Assembly (NCBI RefSeq): GCF_001194135.2
Contig: NC_068981.1
Coordinates: 131,743,357-131,807,356, forward strand
Length of the DNA: 64,000 nt
Reading direction: 5' to 3'
Source of the DNA: Octopus bimaculoides
Taxonomy: Eukaryota
The position numbers were made by a program, and so were the translations under genes. The notes under the pieces were generated by a model, which saw nothing but the letters and a program-made list of their open reading frames with translations, searched no databases and was not told where the DNA came from. Of this stretch, positions 1-14,900 are shown one piece after another. Each line of letters opens with the position of its first letter. Position 1 is the first letter of the stretch.

Positions 1-353
1 AATTTTTATTGTTGTGAATTAACCATGTATTATCTTGTAGTTTTACAGATGTGTAAATATTTAATCATCTTTTAATGAGAAACATTCTTTTAGGCATGTG
101 GAAGGTAAACATTCTTTTACTTTCCACACAAGTGAAAGGTAAATGTTTTAATCATATTTAGTATAATAGTTCACATGTCTGAATATAAATCATAATTGTG
201 TTAATTTTCAACTTACTGAAGTCAATAAAGGAAATGTTTTAGGGCTGATCAGTCAACATTACAAAAAGGTTTCTTACCCAAGTAATAAATGAAAGATTTT
301 GTAATGACAACCATCCTTTAACTGTTTTACTTTTTTTGGTTTTCTAGTGTACA

Positions 354-614
354 ATGGCAGAATGTGATGAGCTAAGTAATAGCAACATGTCAGGTTTACC
401 TGTAAATGATGCTCAAGGTGAACTGGCCAAACAAGCCTGGCAGGAATTTAATAAACAACAATATGACAACTGTATCAATATACTAAATAAATTATTGGTC
501 AACCGGTCTAAGGACTCAAAAGTTACTCACAACAAAGCAGTAGCAGAATTCTATCAGTCCAAGTTTACCAAAGTCTCAGAATTTAAACATGGTCTTGCCT
601 CAGTTTGCCAACTT
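354..614 (+). CDS. CNOT10: CNOT10 coding exon 1 (MAECDEL..ASVCQL)
   Basis: ATG at 354, GTAAGT donor at 615, phase 0. Confidence 0.9.
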
Positions 615-3600
615 GTAAGTTGTTTTTGTTTTAATTTTATACATTACTTTCTTATTGGTGTTGAAAATTAAAATGTGTGTCATCCTTAATGAAGACTTCA
701 TCTTCATGTAATAAGGAAAGAACTCATCCTCCAAACTATTGGTGATAGCTAGAAATCACAAGAATAAGGATTAATTGAAGTGAAACAGCTCAACTGGGAG
801 CACACTTTTATCATTCTTAACTCATTGACTTCTTTCAACAAAACATTAATTTCGTTCATATATATTTTCTTTCCTGTTATGCCATGTCAAATCAGTGATT
901 TATATTACTGAAAAATATATATTTAACATCATATGTCCATCAAGGTTGTTTATTCAGAATACATTATATTGTCAACAGCCTCATATGTAGATGACATCAC
1001 AGTCACATCTTCCCAACCAGATACAATTGTACAACTTCTCTAATTGAATATCAACTCCCAAGAAATCTGGTTCCAAAACAACAGACATACAGTAGCACCT
1101 GCTAAATCCAGTCTCCTTCCTTACTATAACACAAGGAAACATTTCATACAACCAACCAACCTTCATACATAACAACATAAAATATACTACACATGTACAG
1201 AAAGTAAAAGTATAAAACCTCTATAACATATGAATGTGGTAGAGGTATTATATATATTGTATGTAATTCCTACTAATAGAAGCATCATCAATAGCTTCGT
1301 TAGCTCCAGATATTGTGCTGGGATACACAGCACCAATAATAAGTTCAGAGCAGCATCAGTCTTCATATTAAGTTCATCTTGGTTGTCTTGATTGTAACCA
1401 CTACCAGAATCTATAACCTGGACCGAAAGAATACAACATGCTCAGAATGTGTGGTGTAGTCCTCACCTGGACAGAGGTATGGCATATGAAGTGATATAGC
1501 TGTATGCATTGCATTTAATCATTCAGCTGATACCTTGCATGTTAGAGGTATACTTGGTCAACACTAACATGGAGCTAACATCCAACACCACTTCATGAAT
1601 TATCACCATTATTTTATGAAATCTTTATCATCATTACCATACAGTATACCTTTTATTGTCTTAGTATATCACCAACACTTGTCATACTATTTCAATAAGT
1701 CATGGACATTTATAACATTGTAGTTCTATTTTGTATCAGATTAAGCAAAATATTGGTGTGCTCACCAATTTTATGCTATCAAACACTTCTACTGTCAAAC
1801 ATTATTCAAGCAGGTCAATCACCAAATGCTTTATATGCAGTTGCTATACATAAAGAGCCATCTTGATTGAGGAGTAGTGAGTAAATGGGTAGGAGAATAG
1901 TAAAAGGTTAGCTGTAGATACTCTTTTGATCATGGACTAGATGGCTCAGTAGAAGTTTAGAAGGCAAAGTGGATTGGCAGGTTGTGTGGTACACAAACAC
2001 ACTGTTTTTCATATGATGCAGTGATGGGTAAACATCCAGTTAGTGATGATGGGAGACTTCCTCTAGATGTTGTAAACAGTATTCTTAAACTATACAGCTG
2101 TGAACGACCTAGTTGATATTTTTAATTAGAGTAGGCATGTGGGTTAGTGGTCAAGGTAGTCAACTCATGATCATAAGATCATAAGTTCAATTCCCAGTGG
2201 TGTGTTGTGTCCTTCAGCAAGAGCCTTTATTTCCTGTTGCTCCAGTCCACTCAGTACCTGTATTTCAAAAGACCAGCGTTGCTACATTCTCTGTCATGCT
2301 GAATCTCCCTCAGAACGAAATTAAGGGAACGTATGTCTTTGGAGTGCTCAGCCACTTTCACGTTAATTTTATGAGCAGGCTGTTCCATGCTGATCAGATC
2401 AACTGAAACTCTTGTCATAACCGACTGAGTGCTAATAATTAGAAATTCCACCCAGAAAGTAAAAAAGGAAGTGAAAATATTTTGGGAAAAAAACCAGCTT
2501 TAATTTTTTTATATTCCAATATCAAGCTGACTTATGTAACTTGAGTAAATGTTATATTACTATAACAACACTCTTTTCTTTCAGGAACACATCAATATAG
2601 ATAACCTCAATAATTTAGATGATGTTGACCACAGTGCTGTTCTTTACAACCAAGCTGTTGTACTTTATCATCACAGACAGTATAAAGCAGCATTGTCCAT
2701 CATGGACAAACTGTTTCATTTTGTTGAACCTATTGGTATGTATCAGTCTTTAACTAAATTATTGATGATGATTGTCAAAATAATGATGGTAGGGTATCAG
2801 TATTGAAGATAATTATATTGCGCTAGCATTGAAATTAACTAATCATAGTAAGATTGCACTTACAAATATAGTTATTTTAGTCTTAGTGACTAACATAGTC
2901 ATTTCTCTACTGACTCCTAAATGTGTTATAAAGTTGATTTAAATGGATCTATTTTCTTTGTTTGAGATAAGGTCCAAGGGATTGAGCTAACCTGGGGCAA
3001 AGGGTCCAGTCAAGGTATGTACACTCCTAGGCAAGGTTTTTTGAAGGAAGACTGGCAGTTGTCCATGCAAGCAAGTCTGCTCTCTCCACACCACTGATGT
3101 TATCCAAGGGAAGTGCAGCTGCCTTAGGGCTGACACAGCTTGGCATAAGTGACATTGCAAGCATTATTATCAGAACACAGTGCCAGTACTTATACCTCAA
3201 GGCATCTTGCCCAATACTCTAAAAGTTCTGCTAATCCACCACCCTGGATTAGAACTCTTTTGTGTGTGTGTGTATATATATATATGTGTATATATACGCA
3301 AGGTCTGATCAATAAGTATCCGGAGTGTTGCCATAGTAACGAGGCTAAAGTGTGCAGAGTAAAGCCACTTGCCACAGATTGACCTTGAACTCTGCTGTGC
3401 ATGTGCACTAAATTTTAATATTCTCACTTCCACTGTTTACAGCAGTGCATGGAGGGAAGGTGTGTAGTGTGTGATTGTCACATTGACCATGACAAAGAAA
3501 GTTGTCATGGTGATACCTGCTCAGAGGCCTATGCAAAGTTGCAGAAAGTGCATGGAGAGGAGTGTATGAGCTGCACACAAGTGTATGAGTGGTTCAGACG

Positions 3601-5979
3601 TTTCCAAGATGGCCGAAAAAATGTTGATATTGATGAACGTTCTGGGAGACCCATAACTAGCAGAACTGAGAAAAACATCACAACTGTGCATGCAGCTGTG
3701 AGGGGAAATCATCAAATCACCATCCATGAGTTAGCAGAGGATGTGCAGATTAGTTACGGTTCAGTTCAGTCCATTATCAATGAAGATTTGGGTATGAGAC
3801 GCGTGTCTGCCAAGTTTGTGCAAAAACTGCTTTCAGCTGACCAAAAAGACCCTCGGGTTTCAGTTGCTCAAAATCTCCTTGATTGTGTCAAGAAATGGGA
3901 AAACTTTGTGTGTGCTTCTGAGCAGGTATTGCCAAGCTTTTGGCAAAATTTGATGCAGATTTTCTGCTCAGCCTTCTCTGTCATGGTCAATGTGATGATC
4001 ACATGCTACACACCTTCCTTCCAAGCACTGCTGTAAACAGTGGCAGTGAGCTAGAACATTAAAACTTAGTGTGCATGCACAGCAGAGTTCAAGGTCAATC
4101 TGTGCTAAGCAACTTCACTCTACCTGCTTTTGCTTTGTTACTATGGCAACAGACCGGATGCTTATTGATTAGACCTTGTACATACGAAAATTAAATGCTT
4201 AGGAATAAATTTTTAAAACTAATGTGTAACAACAAAAACTGTCAGACTATTGAATACTAGATTAATGAAACTTTACTCTAAATACATAAGACAGGTTGTT
4301 GTATTTTAGGGAAATTTGGTTGCTTGATAGAAAGTGCACTAGGGGCAGCTCACTGTTACATTATTAAAATAGGATTTTTGTTAGCATGACACCATTTTTA
4401 ATACTTTCTGAACATAAGCATACATGTCCGAGACTTCTGGCAGTTTGCTATGCTTGAGAAGACATGTCAAGCTAAGTAAAAATCATGATCATCCATGCAT
4501 GCAGGCATGTCCTCTATGTCCCTCTCTCAGCTGAAAATCCTAGTCTTGCAGGCTCATAGGTTCTGATACCACATTAAAGTGCCCATGCCAGTGTCCTGTT
4601 AAAAGCACCCAGTTCATTCTGTAAAGTGGTTGGCATTAGGAAGGGCATCCAACCATAGAAACCATGCCAAAGCAGACAATTGGAACCCAAGCAGCTTTCC
4701 AGCTGGCTGATTCCTGTCAAACTGTCCAACCCATGCCAGCATGAAGAACAGATGTTAAATGATGATGGTGATGTCAATTATTGCTGCTCTTTATATAGTT
4801 TCATGTTTAAAGAGTTCAGCAAGTGGAGGCATGTGGCTTAGTGGTTAGGGTGATGGACTTATGATCATAAGATTGTGGTTTTAATTCCTGGACTAGGCAA
4901 CATGCTGTGTTCTTGAGCAAAACACTTCATTTCAGATTGCTCCAGTTCACTCAGCTGGCAAAAATGAGTAATCCTGTGAAGAACTGGTGTCCTGTTCAGG
5001 ATATGGGCAATATATATACCATGAAACTGAGAAACCAGCCCTTATGAGTTGGTACAATTTGAGAAGGTAACTTTATTTTTAATTCAGTATTTGGAGTTTA
5101 GGATGCGTGAATTTTACAGTGTATTTTATTCATCAATTATCATCATCATCATCATCATCATCGTTTAACGTCCGCTTTCCATGCTAGCATGGGTTGGACG
5201 ATTTGACTGAGGACTGGTGAAACCGGATGGCTACACCAGGCTCCAATCTAATTTGGCAGAGTTTCTACAGCTGGATGCCCTTCCTAATGCCAACCACTCA
5301 GAGAGTGTAGTGGGTGCTTTTACGTGTCACCCGCACGAAAACGGCCACGCTCGAAATGGTGTCTTTTATGTGCCACCCGCACANNNNNNNNNNNNNNNNN
5401 NNNNNNNNNNNNNNNNNNNNNNNNNNNNNNNNNNNNNNNNNNNNNNNNNNNNNNNNNNNNNNNNNNNNNNNNNNNNNNNNNNNNNNNNNNCCCGCACAAG
5501 CCAGTCCAGGGGCACTGGCAACGGCCACGCTCAAAATGGTGCATCTCATGTGCCACCCGCACAAGAGCCAGTCCAGGGGCACTGGCAACGATCTTACTTG
5601 GCTTGCCGGGTCTTCTCACGCACAGCACATTTCCAAAGGTCTCGGTCAGTAGTCATCGCCTCGGTGAGGCCCAATGTACGAAGGTCTTGCCTCACCACCT
5701 CAGCCCAGGTCTTCCTGGGCCTACCTCTTCCACGGGTTCCCTCAACTGTTAGGGTGTGGCACTTTTTCACGCAGCTATCCTCATCCATTCTCACCACATG
5801 TCCATACCAGCGCAATCGTCTCTCTTGCACACCACAACTGATGCTTCTAATGTTATTTAACTAAACTCTCTTTTTTCCACCCATTATAATACTGGAGAAA
5901 AATCAGTGCATATCATACTCAAAATTTGCTTCAAGTAACAGAAATATATGCTAATTAGTGGTATTGAAGTTAAAATATG

Positions 5980-6020
<41 letters not shown>

Positions 6021-7881
6021 CTTTGGAATTTAAAATAGTTAAGGTACAATGACTGGAAAGTTAAAGTTCTCAAGAGAGGGAACTACTGCAAAACTGGAGT
6101 ATTCTCAAATGTGCTTTTATTTTGTTCCAGAGGAAAACCTTACGCGGAAATGCTTGTTTTTGCTTGTTGAGCTTTATCTTCAAACTCACCAGGTAGTTAC
6201 CAAGTTTCAATTAAATTCAACCTTTACTATTTACTGTTATACTTTTGTTATTGTTTTACTACTCTTCATGCTTTGATTTTTCTTTTTAATAGTACTCAAC
6301 CATGAAGATTGTTTTATCTGCTAGATAAGCTGTTATATGCTTTGCCCAGGGAACCAACACAGTCTGAAATTGAAGACTTTGTGGTCACATATAACAATTT
6401 AGTATTTGACAACTTAAATACATAATTAGTAAAACAAACATAATCTTTTAACATGAGAGACTGAAAGTGAAATAGTTAAAAATGAAATCAAAATAATAAT
6501 TTTAAAAAAGTTTTTATATCAGTTGCCAGTTATACTCCTTACTTAGTAACTCATTCTCTCTCTATTTTGTCTGTTTTTAAAAAACATTTAGACTATATCC
6601 TATGATTTTTATTTATTCAGAAGAATAATTCTGCACCTTCCTCTAGAATAACTAAAAAGTTAACTGAATGACTAGATGTTTTTTTTTTTCCCCCACTTTG
6701 TCCTTCATTTAATTTAGAAACAAATAGATGAGAGTTTATAATCTTGGATTGTCATTTTATGGTTTATGAGTTCATAGCTGCCTCAGATATTTTATTTTAC
6801 AAACCTCACTTTAATTACTTGTGGAAGATATGTACTAAACCTCTCTAGAAAAGTTACAACAGGCTGCTATCTCTTATTCACTCAACCCTTTTGATACCTA
6901 ACTGCCTGAGATCTCTTCTCACTCTGTACTACAAATGTTTTGTTTTCAAAAGTTCTGAATTAAAATCTTCCACCAAACCTTAGTTGTAATTTGTTCCTAA
7001 CACTAGCTTATGACAACAAAATTATTTTACTAAATTCTTCATTATATTTAAAATTAATTGAAATAAACACAGAGTATCTCAACAAAAGGTTAATGTTACA
7101 GGAATCAGAATAAGGAACTGGCCATATGAAACCTTAAATGTAATTTAACTATTTATTTAATCTACTCTATCTGTATACTTGTGGTTCATTTTAAGAAATT
7201 TTGCATGAATATCTTATATTCATTATTAAGTTTTTGTTGTATTTCATTGAACTATAAAAATTCAAGCTTTTCATTTCATTATTTGTTAAGGTTATCTCAA
7301 CAGATATTCTATAGAAATTATAACCAGCACTGATTTTTGTTATGCCATTTCGTATCCGAGACATCAGACATAAACAAACAATGAGACAAAGATAAGAAAA
7401 GAGTAATGGACATATATGCCATATTTCGGGAGTTTTTGCTCCTTCATCAGCTGATGAAAAAGCAAAAACTCAGATACAAAATGTGTAACAAAAATCAGTG
7501 CTATAGAATATCTGTAGAGATAACCTTAACAAGCGATGTAAAGTGCATTACTAACACAGTAGAACACGGTTTGACTTATAAAATCGTTTGATATATTTAT
7601 AGTATATTATGATTGCATAACAAAATACTGCATCCTTAGAAGTCATTAATATTTTCATTTCATTGTTGCTTTTGCATCTTTCAGCCTGAGAAGGCAATGG
7701 GAATGTTATCCTATATAGAGAAACTTCTTCTTCATGTTACCAAGTGCAATAACAGCCCCTCAGGAGACAAAGTAGATAAAAATGAAAGCCTAGACAGTTC
7801 TGTCGCAAGTGAATTAGGGACCTCAGAACTGTATCGGCCAAAAATTAGTTTGGTAAGTTAAATGTTAAATTTCTAAGTTCA

Positions 7882-7914
<33 letters not shown>

Positions 7915-10900
7915 ATGCATATAATATATGCATATAAACACATCTAGCAACTTATACCTTTATAATGATTTCAAAATAGACCAAATTTTGAAGTGATTGC
8001 AAATCTTGTTCTAGTCAACTTTACCTTTCATCTTTCCAAACCAACTAAATCCATCTATCTAATTTATAACATTATTATTATTACCTTAGTAATAATAATA
8101 ATGCTGGAAAACATTATTATTATTATTTCTAAGGATAGTGGATTGGCTGAATTGTTAGGCCTTATAGTATTTTCATTTTTATGTTCTGAGTTCAAATCCT
8201 GCTGAGGTCACCATTGCTTTTGATCCTGCTGGGGTCAATAAAAGAACCAGGCTAGAATTGTTAGCATGTCAGACTAAATGCTCTCTCTATATTTTGAGTT
8301 CAATTCTATCGTTGCTTCATCTTACATCCCTCTGATATCAATAAGTACCAGTAATCTACTGGAGTGTATTCAATGAAATATAACCACCCTGGTGGAAAAA
8401 TTGACCTTGTGCTTTGATTTAAAAAAATAAAGACGTCTTGGTTACTGAATGACAAATGTTATAGAGGAAGAGGTGAATTAGTAAAATGAGGGTGTATTCT
8501 TATTCTACAACACTGCAGTCAGAGTTTAATTTTCAGGTGATGCTAATATACTTTCACTAAAAATACTTTGGACAAAAATCTCTTCTACACCAATAAATTG
8601 TGGCTGTGGTTAAGAAGCTTGCGTCCTAACCATGTGCTCTTGGGATCGGTCCCACTGCATGACACCTTAGGCAATTGTTTTCTACTATAGCCCTGAGCTG
8701 ACCAAAGCTTTGTGAGTGGATTTGGTAGATGGAAACTGAAAGAAACCCATTGTACACATTGTGTGTGTGTTTATCTGTACTATTGGCTATATATCACATG
8801 ATGGTTGTAAACAAATATCACCATTATACAAGTAATGTTATCTGTTTCTACTTTTCCATGAAAAATGTGTCTGGCCATAGGAAAATATTACTTTGCTTAG
8901 AAACAGGTGGGAGTTGGTGACAGAGAAAGTATCTGACCTTAAAAAAATCTACCTCAACAGATTCTATCTGATCCATGCAAGCATGGGAATGGGGATGCTC
9001 TATGATGAATGTTGATGTTTCTCAAGTAGCCTAAATTCTTCAAAGTAGTGTCACTCATTTAAGGATATAGTGCCCATGATTGCCTGTAACACACAAGGTT
9101 AAAACATTTTGTTAACTCTTTTTCCATTTTTTGTTGCTTTTTTTTATAACAATCTCTTCTGTGTCATAATTTCAGTATAAAACCCGATGTCTGATAATGA
9201 TGAAGTCATTAAAAGCATGCAAACGAGAAATCAAAGTATTGATGAGTAGCCAAGCAACTGTAAGTATTCAAATCATGGGATTATAATATATTAAGACTAC
9301 AAACTAGAATCAAATTCCATTATATTTCTTATGTGTATATCAAGTTTTAAGTGATTTTTTTTCCAAGCCAGCATGGATTTCTTTTTAATGTGTGAAATCA
9401 AAGTAATGTGGAGGAATATTAGAGTGGTGTGTTCTATGCAGATGAGAGTACGTGTAGATAGATGGTTGTGAGAATGGAGAGATAACGGAACTCTGAAGTA
9501 CACCTGAATTGATAGGACAGATATACAGAGTCTTATCAGTCTATATTTTGACAGGAAGATTCCTCTCTCAGTACTTAGTAATAAGTTCAGCTGAAGGATT
9601 GGTAACTTTGTTAAAAGTTCTTTATCACTGACCTGGATGAGTGGCTTTGATAGAGAAGGGTAAGGATATGTTTTGTTTACCAGACTTGGAATGATCAAAG
9701 GTTGAACACATTTTCTGCTGTAGTAATATTTTGCCATATCTACATATATTGAATGTGTGTTGTTTAGCCAAAGAACAGCCTTGGTTGATGAGACCTACAG
9801 CCAAAGGCATTATGACCATAGCTGTCTCATCTTTTTTCAGATACAATGAGTCCATCAGGTACAGATGCAAAGATGTCAAAAGTATCAGGCTACATAGTTA
9901 CTTGCTTAATTAATTAATTAAGCATGCATTCATTTGTTAAGTGATCCACTTGACTGAAACTTATATACAAAGTTTTTTAAATTGCTGAGAGAGTTTTAGC
10001 AAATTAATTCTGAATAGAGTTATCTCCTATAAGTTGCACTTTAGGTGTGTACTTAAATGCCAAACCACAGATGTCAGGTTTCTAGCTAGAGGTGTTTTAG
10101 GTTAAGACAAAAAAAAACCTCTTTATATTGCAGAAGATATTTACAAGGTTCCTTATATTGTAGCTTAATAAGCACCAGAGAAAGTTGAATATCCCATGAA
10201 GGTGCTTTTAGCATGGTTATTATTGGCAACATGTTCAGTGAGAAATTCAGTATACAAATAGATGTTCACCAGAGCTCTAGCCACTTTTTATGATTGTAGT
10301 CCTTGAGTTCAAAACTACTTGAGATTAGGAGCGTTTAATATGCTGATGATCTAGTCATCATAGCATAATTGTGTTGAAATGTGACAGAAAAAAAGTTCCA
10401 ATCCTGGACGCATGGTATAAAACCCACTGGTAGAAAGGTCAAGAAGGAAATGGCCAAAGTGTTAGCAAGAGAAACAGTGTGTGTGTGTATGAGTAGAAAT
10501 TAACTACATTCATATGCAGAAAGTTAGTAGATAAGGATTCAATACTGTATGTTGAGTGCAAGCAGTGAGTACACAAAAAAGCAGTGGAATCTATGCAGAC
10601 TTACAGAGAATCAAAACATCAAATATGATATGAGCACAGGGGTAGTTAGTTGTGGGTATACCCAGGAAAGTAAGTTCTTAGTGTAATGACAGTTTCTGCT
10701 GTTTAGGTAATCTAATTACTATTGGAAATGGCTGTAGCAACATTAGAGTGGCTAGAGGAAAGGAGTAATGAAATAGAGGGAGCTATTACTTCTGTTAGCA
10801 ACAAGCATTTCTCTTTTTATATGAAGATTAGAATGAATAAAACATGCATAGGAAGTGTAAAACAACAAGATAATGAGTCATGGGTGCTGGAGAGAAATAA

Positions 10901-11887
10901 AGTATGCGCGATTTGTTGAATATGTGTTGAATGTTACCTTAGTTGAAAAAGGAGTACAAGTGCAGTAATGAAGATGCATGGCACTAAATGACATCAGTCA
11001 AAACATGAAGGTGAGGTAACTTGCTGATGTTGATATGTAATATTTATGAATTATAAGTGTTGGATGAAAAAGTAATGTGTGTGTGTTGGCATGCAAAAAG
11101 ATAGAGGGAATTGTAGGATGGATTGGAGAAATCAGATCACAAGATGTTGGGTCTCACAGAAAAGATAAAACAACTGAGATGATTGATGATATGGCAATCC
11201 TGTACAGCCTTTGCTATTTACAAAATTTTGCCCTTAAAATGTTGAGAATGCAAGCTAATGCACAGTCAGCCTTGTTTGTTTGGTTGTGCAATGGGTTTTT
11301 AAGCCTTGTTATCACATATATACATACATTCTGTTGAACCCATGTTTTAATACAATAAAATGTAATCACATTATATTGTGTGTAACTATACATGCAAAAT
11401 ATACATATTTATATATTCTTTCTTGTATTTTCAGAACCCTTCTGTAGTATATTTGAAAAGCAATTTTGAATACCTGCGGGGCAGTTCACGTAAAGTAATA
11501 AAGATGCTGGGAACTGTACCTCAAAACACAGTCATCTCAGAGTCAGGGAATTGCTTGCCTGTCATGTATTACAATAACCTTGGCTGTATCCATTTCAACA
11601 CACGGAAGCACCATCTGGGAGCATTTTACTTCCGTAAAGCAGTGGCAGAAAATGAAAGTGCTGTAAAAAATCTTAAAAAATCCTGTGATGATCCAGGTAA
11701 AGGAAATTTTTATACATACATAAACACAGGTGTGGCTGTGTGGTAAGAAGCTTGCTTCCCAATCACATGGTTCTGGGTTCAGTCCTATGTGATACCTTGG
11801 ACAAATGTTTTCCACTGTAATGCTGGACCAACCATAGCCTTATGAGTGGATTTGATAGGCGGAAACTGAAAAAAGCCTTTTCTTTAT

Positions 11888-11977
<90 letters not shown>

Positions 11978-14900
11978 ATTATATATATATATCTACGTGT
12001 GTGCCTTTGTGTCAGTGTTTTCCCCCACTACTACCTGACAATTGATGTCGGTATGTTTATGTCCCCATAACTTAGCAGTTCAGCAAATGAGACCGATAGA
12101 ATAAGTACCCGGCTTTAAAAATAGTAAATACTTTGGTTGTTTCATTCAACTAAAAATTCTTCAAGGCGGTGCACCAGCATGGCTGCAGTGTAATGACTGA
12201 AACAAGTAAAAGATGAAAAATAAGAGAAATATTATATATATGCATGTGTGTTGTTTATTTTATCATACAGTCTTAAAAATGCTCTATATTCAAATTAGTA
12301 GTGTGGTAGTCTAATGCAATAACAGTCTTATAACTAATGATTTTGTAATTTTAGTTGACACAGGCACACACACATAGGCACACAAAAACACACACAAACA
12401 CATAAAAGGTAGGAGAATATAGTATTAAATTACGAGTAATGATTCACAGTAAGATACTATAAATTTATAATTTAACGCTATATTCTCATGTATGTATGTG
12501 TATATATATAGAGATGTGAGTGTGTGTGCAGCTCTATTTGTGTGACAGATTTTCTACAGCCAGATACCCTTCTTGTTGCCATCCCCAATATATATATATA
12601 TGTATACACACCACATACTTCTTTCAGTTTTGGTCAGCCCAGAGTTATAGTAGAAGACACTTATCCAAGATCACATGGTTGGGGAAGCAAACTTCTTAAT
12701 TACACATGTCTAATGTTTTTAAAAAATATATATTGATATTGAGTCAACATTTTATACATTTTTAAGAAAAAGTCTTTGGATCAATCAAAGCCAAAAAAAA
12801 TCCCATGAGTATGGAAGCTTGTTTCTAAACTTTTATTGTAATTACATTATCACAATTACATTACATAGATAATTTCTAAATCTCCATCAAATTATATACC
12901 TTACTGTCTTAAAAAAGCAGGATACAATGGTGGCACGTGTAAAGACATTTGAGCAAGATCGTTGCCAGTGCCGCTGGACTGGCTCCTGTGCAGGTGGCAC
13001 ATAAAATACACCATTTTGAGCGTGGCCGTTGCCAGTACCGCCTGACTGGCACTCGTGCCAGTGGCACATAAAAGCACCCACTACACTCTCAGAGTGGTTG
13101 GCGTTAGGAAGGGCATCCAGCTGTAGAAAGTCTGCCAAATCAGATTGGAGCCTAGTGTAGCCATCTGGTTCACCAGTCCTCAGTCAAATCGTCCAACCCA
13201 TGCTAGCATGGAGGGCAGACATTAAACGATGATGATAATGACATTGGATAATGTACTCGTCGTCAGATATAAAAAAAAAAATAGAGGATAGTTACAACTG
13301 GAATGCCTTGCATCACTGACCTGCTTGATCAGGGTGTTATTTACAGAAAATTTCAGAGAAGTTCCAACTTATATGAAACTTATCATTATCATCATCATCA
13401 TTTAGCATCTCCTTTCCATGCTGGTATGGGTTTGACCGTTTGACTGGGACTGGTAAGCTGGAGAGCTGCACCAGGTTCTAGTCTGATTTAACATGGTTTC
13501 TACAGCTGGAGGCCCTTCCTAATGCCAACCACTCCAAAAGTGTATTGGGTGCTTTTATGTGCCACTGACGTGGGTGCTTTTGCATACTACTGACATGGAT
13601 GCTAGTTATGTGACTCCAGCATTGGGCAGGCCTATGATTTCACTTGGCTTGACAAGTCTTCTCAAGCACAGCATATTGCCAAAGGTCTCAGTCACTTTGC
13701 TGAAAATAAGTTTCTACTGTAACCCACTTCTGCTCCTTCATTACTTCAGACTACTTCACTCTGGCTGTTTATTAACTTTTTAAGAAATATATGAATGAAT
13801 CATAATTTATTAGAATTAGACAAATACATTTTCTAGCTATCTATATTTCTATTCTCTATGGCTTATTTGTGTTTTTCAGCAAAATGTAGTGCTCCTCTTC
13901 AAACTGTTGGAATGAGTCGGCATCATGAACTGTTGTATAACATGGGCGTTCAGCTATTACACTGCGGAATGCCTCAAGCTGCATTTGATTGTTTAATTCA
14001 AGCTGTCCAAGTTTACCAGATCAACCCACGGCTTTGGTTACGTCTTGCTGAGTGTTGTATAATGAATTACCGAGAAGTATAAACTTTAAAATGAACTTAG
14101 CTATTATTTTTCTTTTGCTCTCTCTCTCTCTTTCTCTTCCTCTCTCTTTCTCTCCCTCTCTCTTTCCCCTTTCTTGTCCTTTTAAAGATTTTTGGTTTTT
14201 GTCAGAAGGCAACTTCAGTAGATAACTAGTTTTAATTCTTAGATGTTCTTTCAATTTATTTAAACATCACCTCTTCTGTTTTTCCTGTCTTAAAAATCTC
14301 AGGCTTTATTCTTAACAAACCCTTGTTGTCAGTGGCATCATCATTGTTGTCCTTATCATTATTATTAATATTCAAGCAACCAGGCCGTAGCAAGAATCAG
14401 CTATATAAATCTATGCAATGGAGCTATCAGCTTGGAGGCAAGGTCATTTGTTTGATCATTTCAGGTCACAAGGTAATAGATGTGATAACAATCAAGATTT
14501 CTGGAATGCATACTTTCATGACCATCCTCAACAACTACAAAGTGCTCACCTCTCTTTGTTGGTCCAGATCAAATGGTAGAGTGGTACTATTTAGGAAACG
14601 TTTGGATCTCATGATGCAGATGATACTAGATTTTGGCAAACACATACATTGCTTGTGATATATACTACTATCTCCCCTTTTTGTCTCAGTTTTTATCTGA
14701 CCAAATTAGAGTGTCAGCCCTTTCACTTTTTGTGAAGGATATCATCCATCTTATATGTGAAGAGCTCAGTATGCAGTGTCCAATAATGTACAAGCAGGTG
14801 CTGAGTCTGTTCTGAAAGACTTTCAACCCAGGGACTATGGGTAATCTCCAGAAATCCCTAGCCTGGCAGTGCTGGTGGAAGGCCTAGCAGCATCATCATC

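Noticed and set aside
5217-5330. Recurrent [33 protein letters not shown].. found several times
   Set aside because: It is the antisense reading of the RTE 3'UTR, repeated with the element, not a gene family
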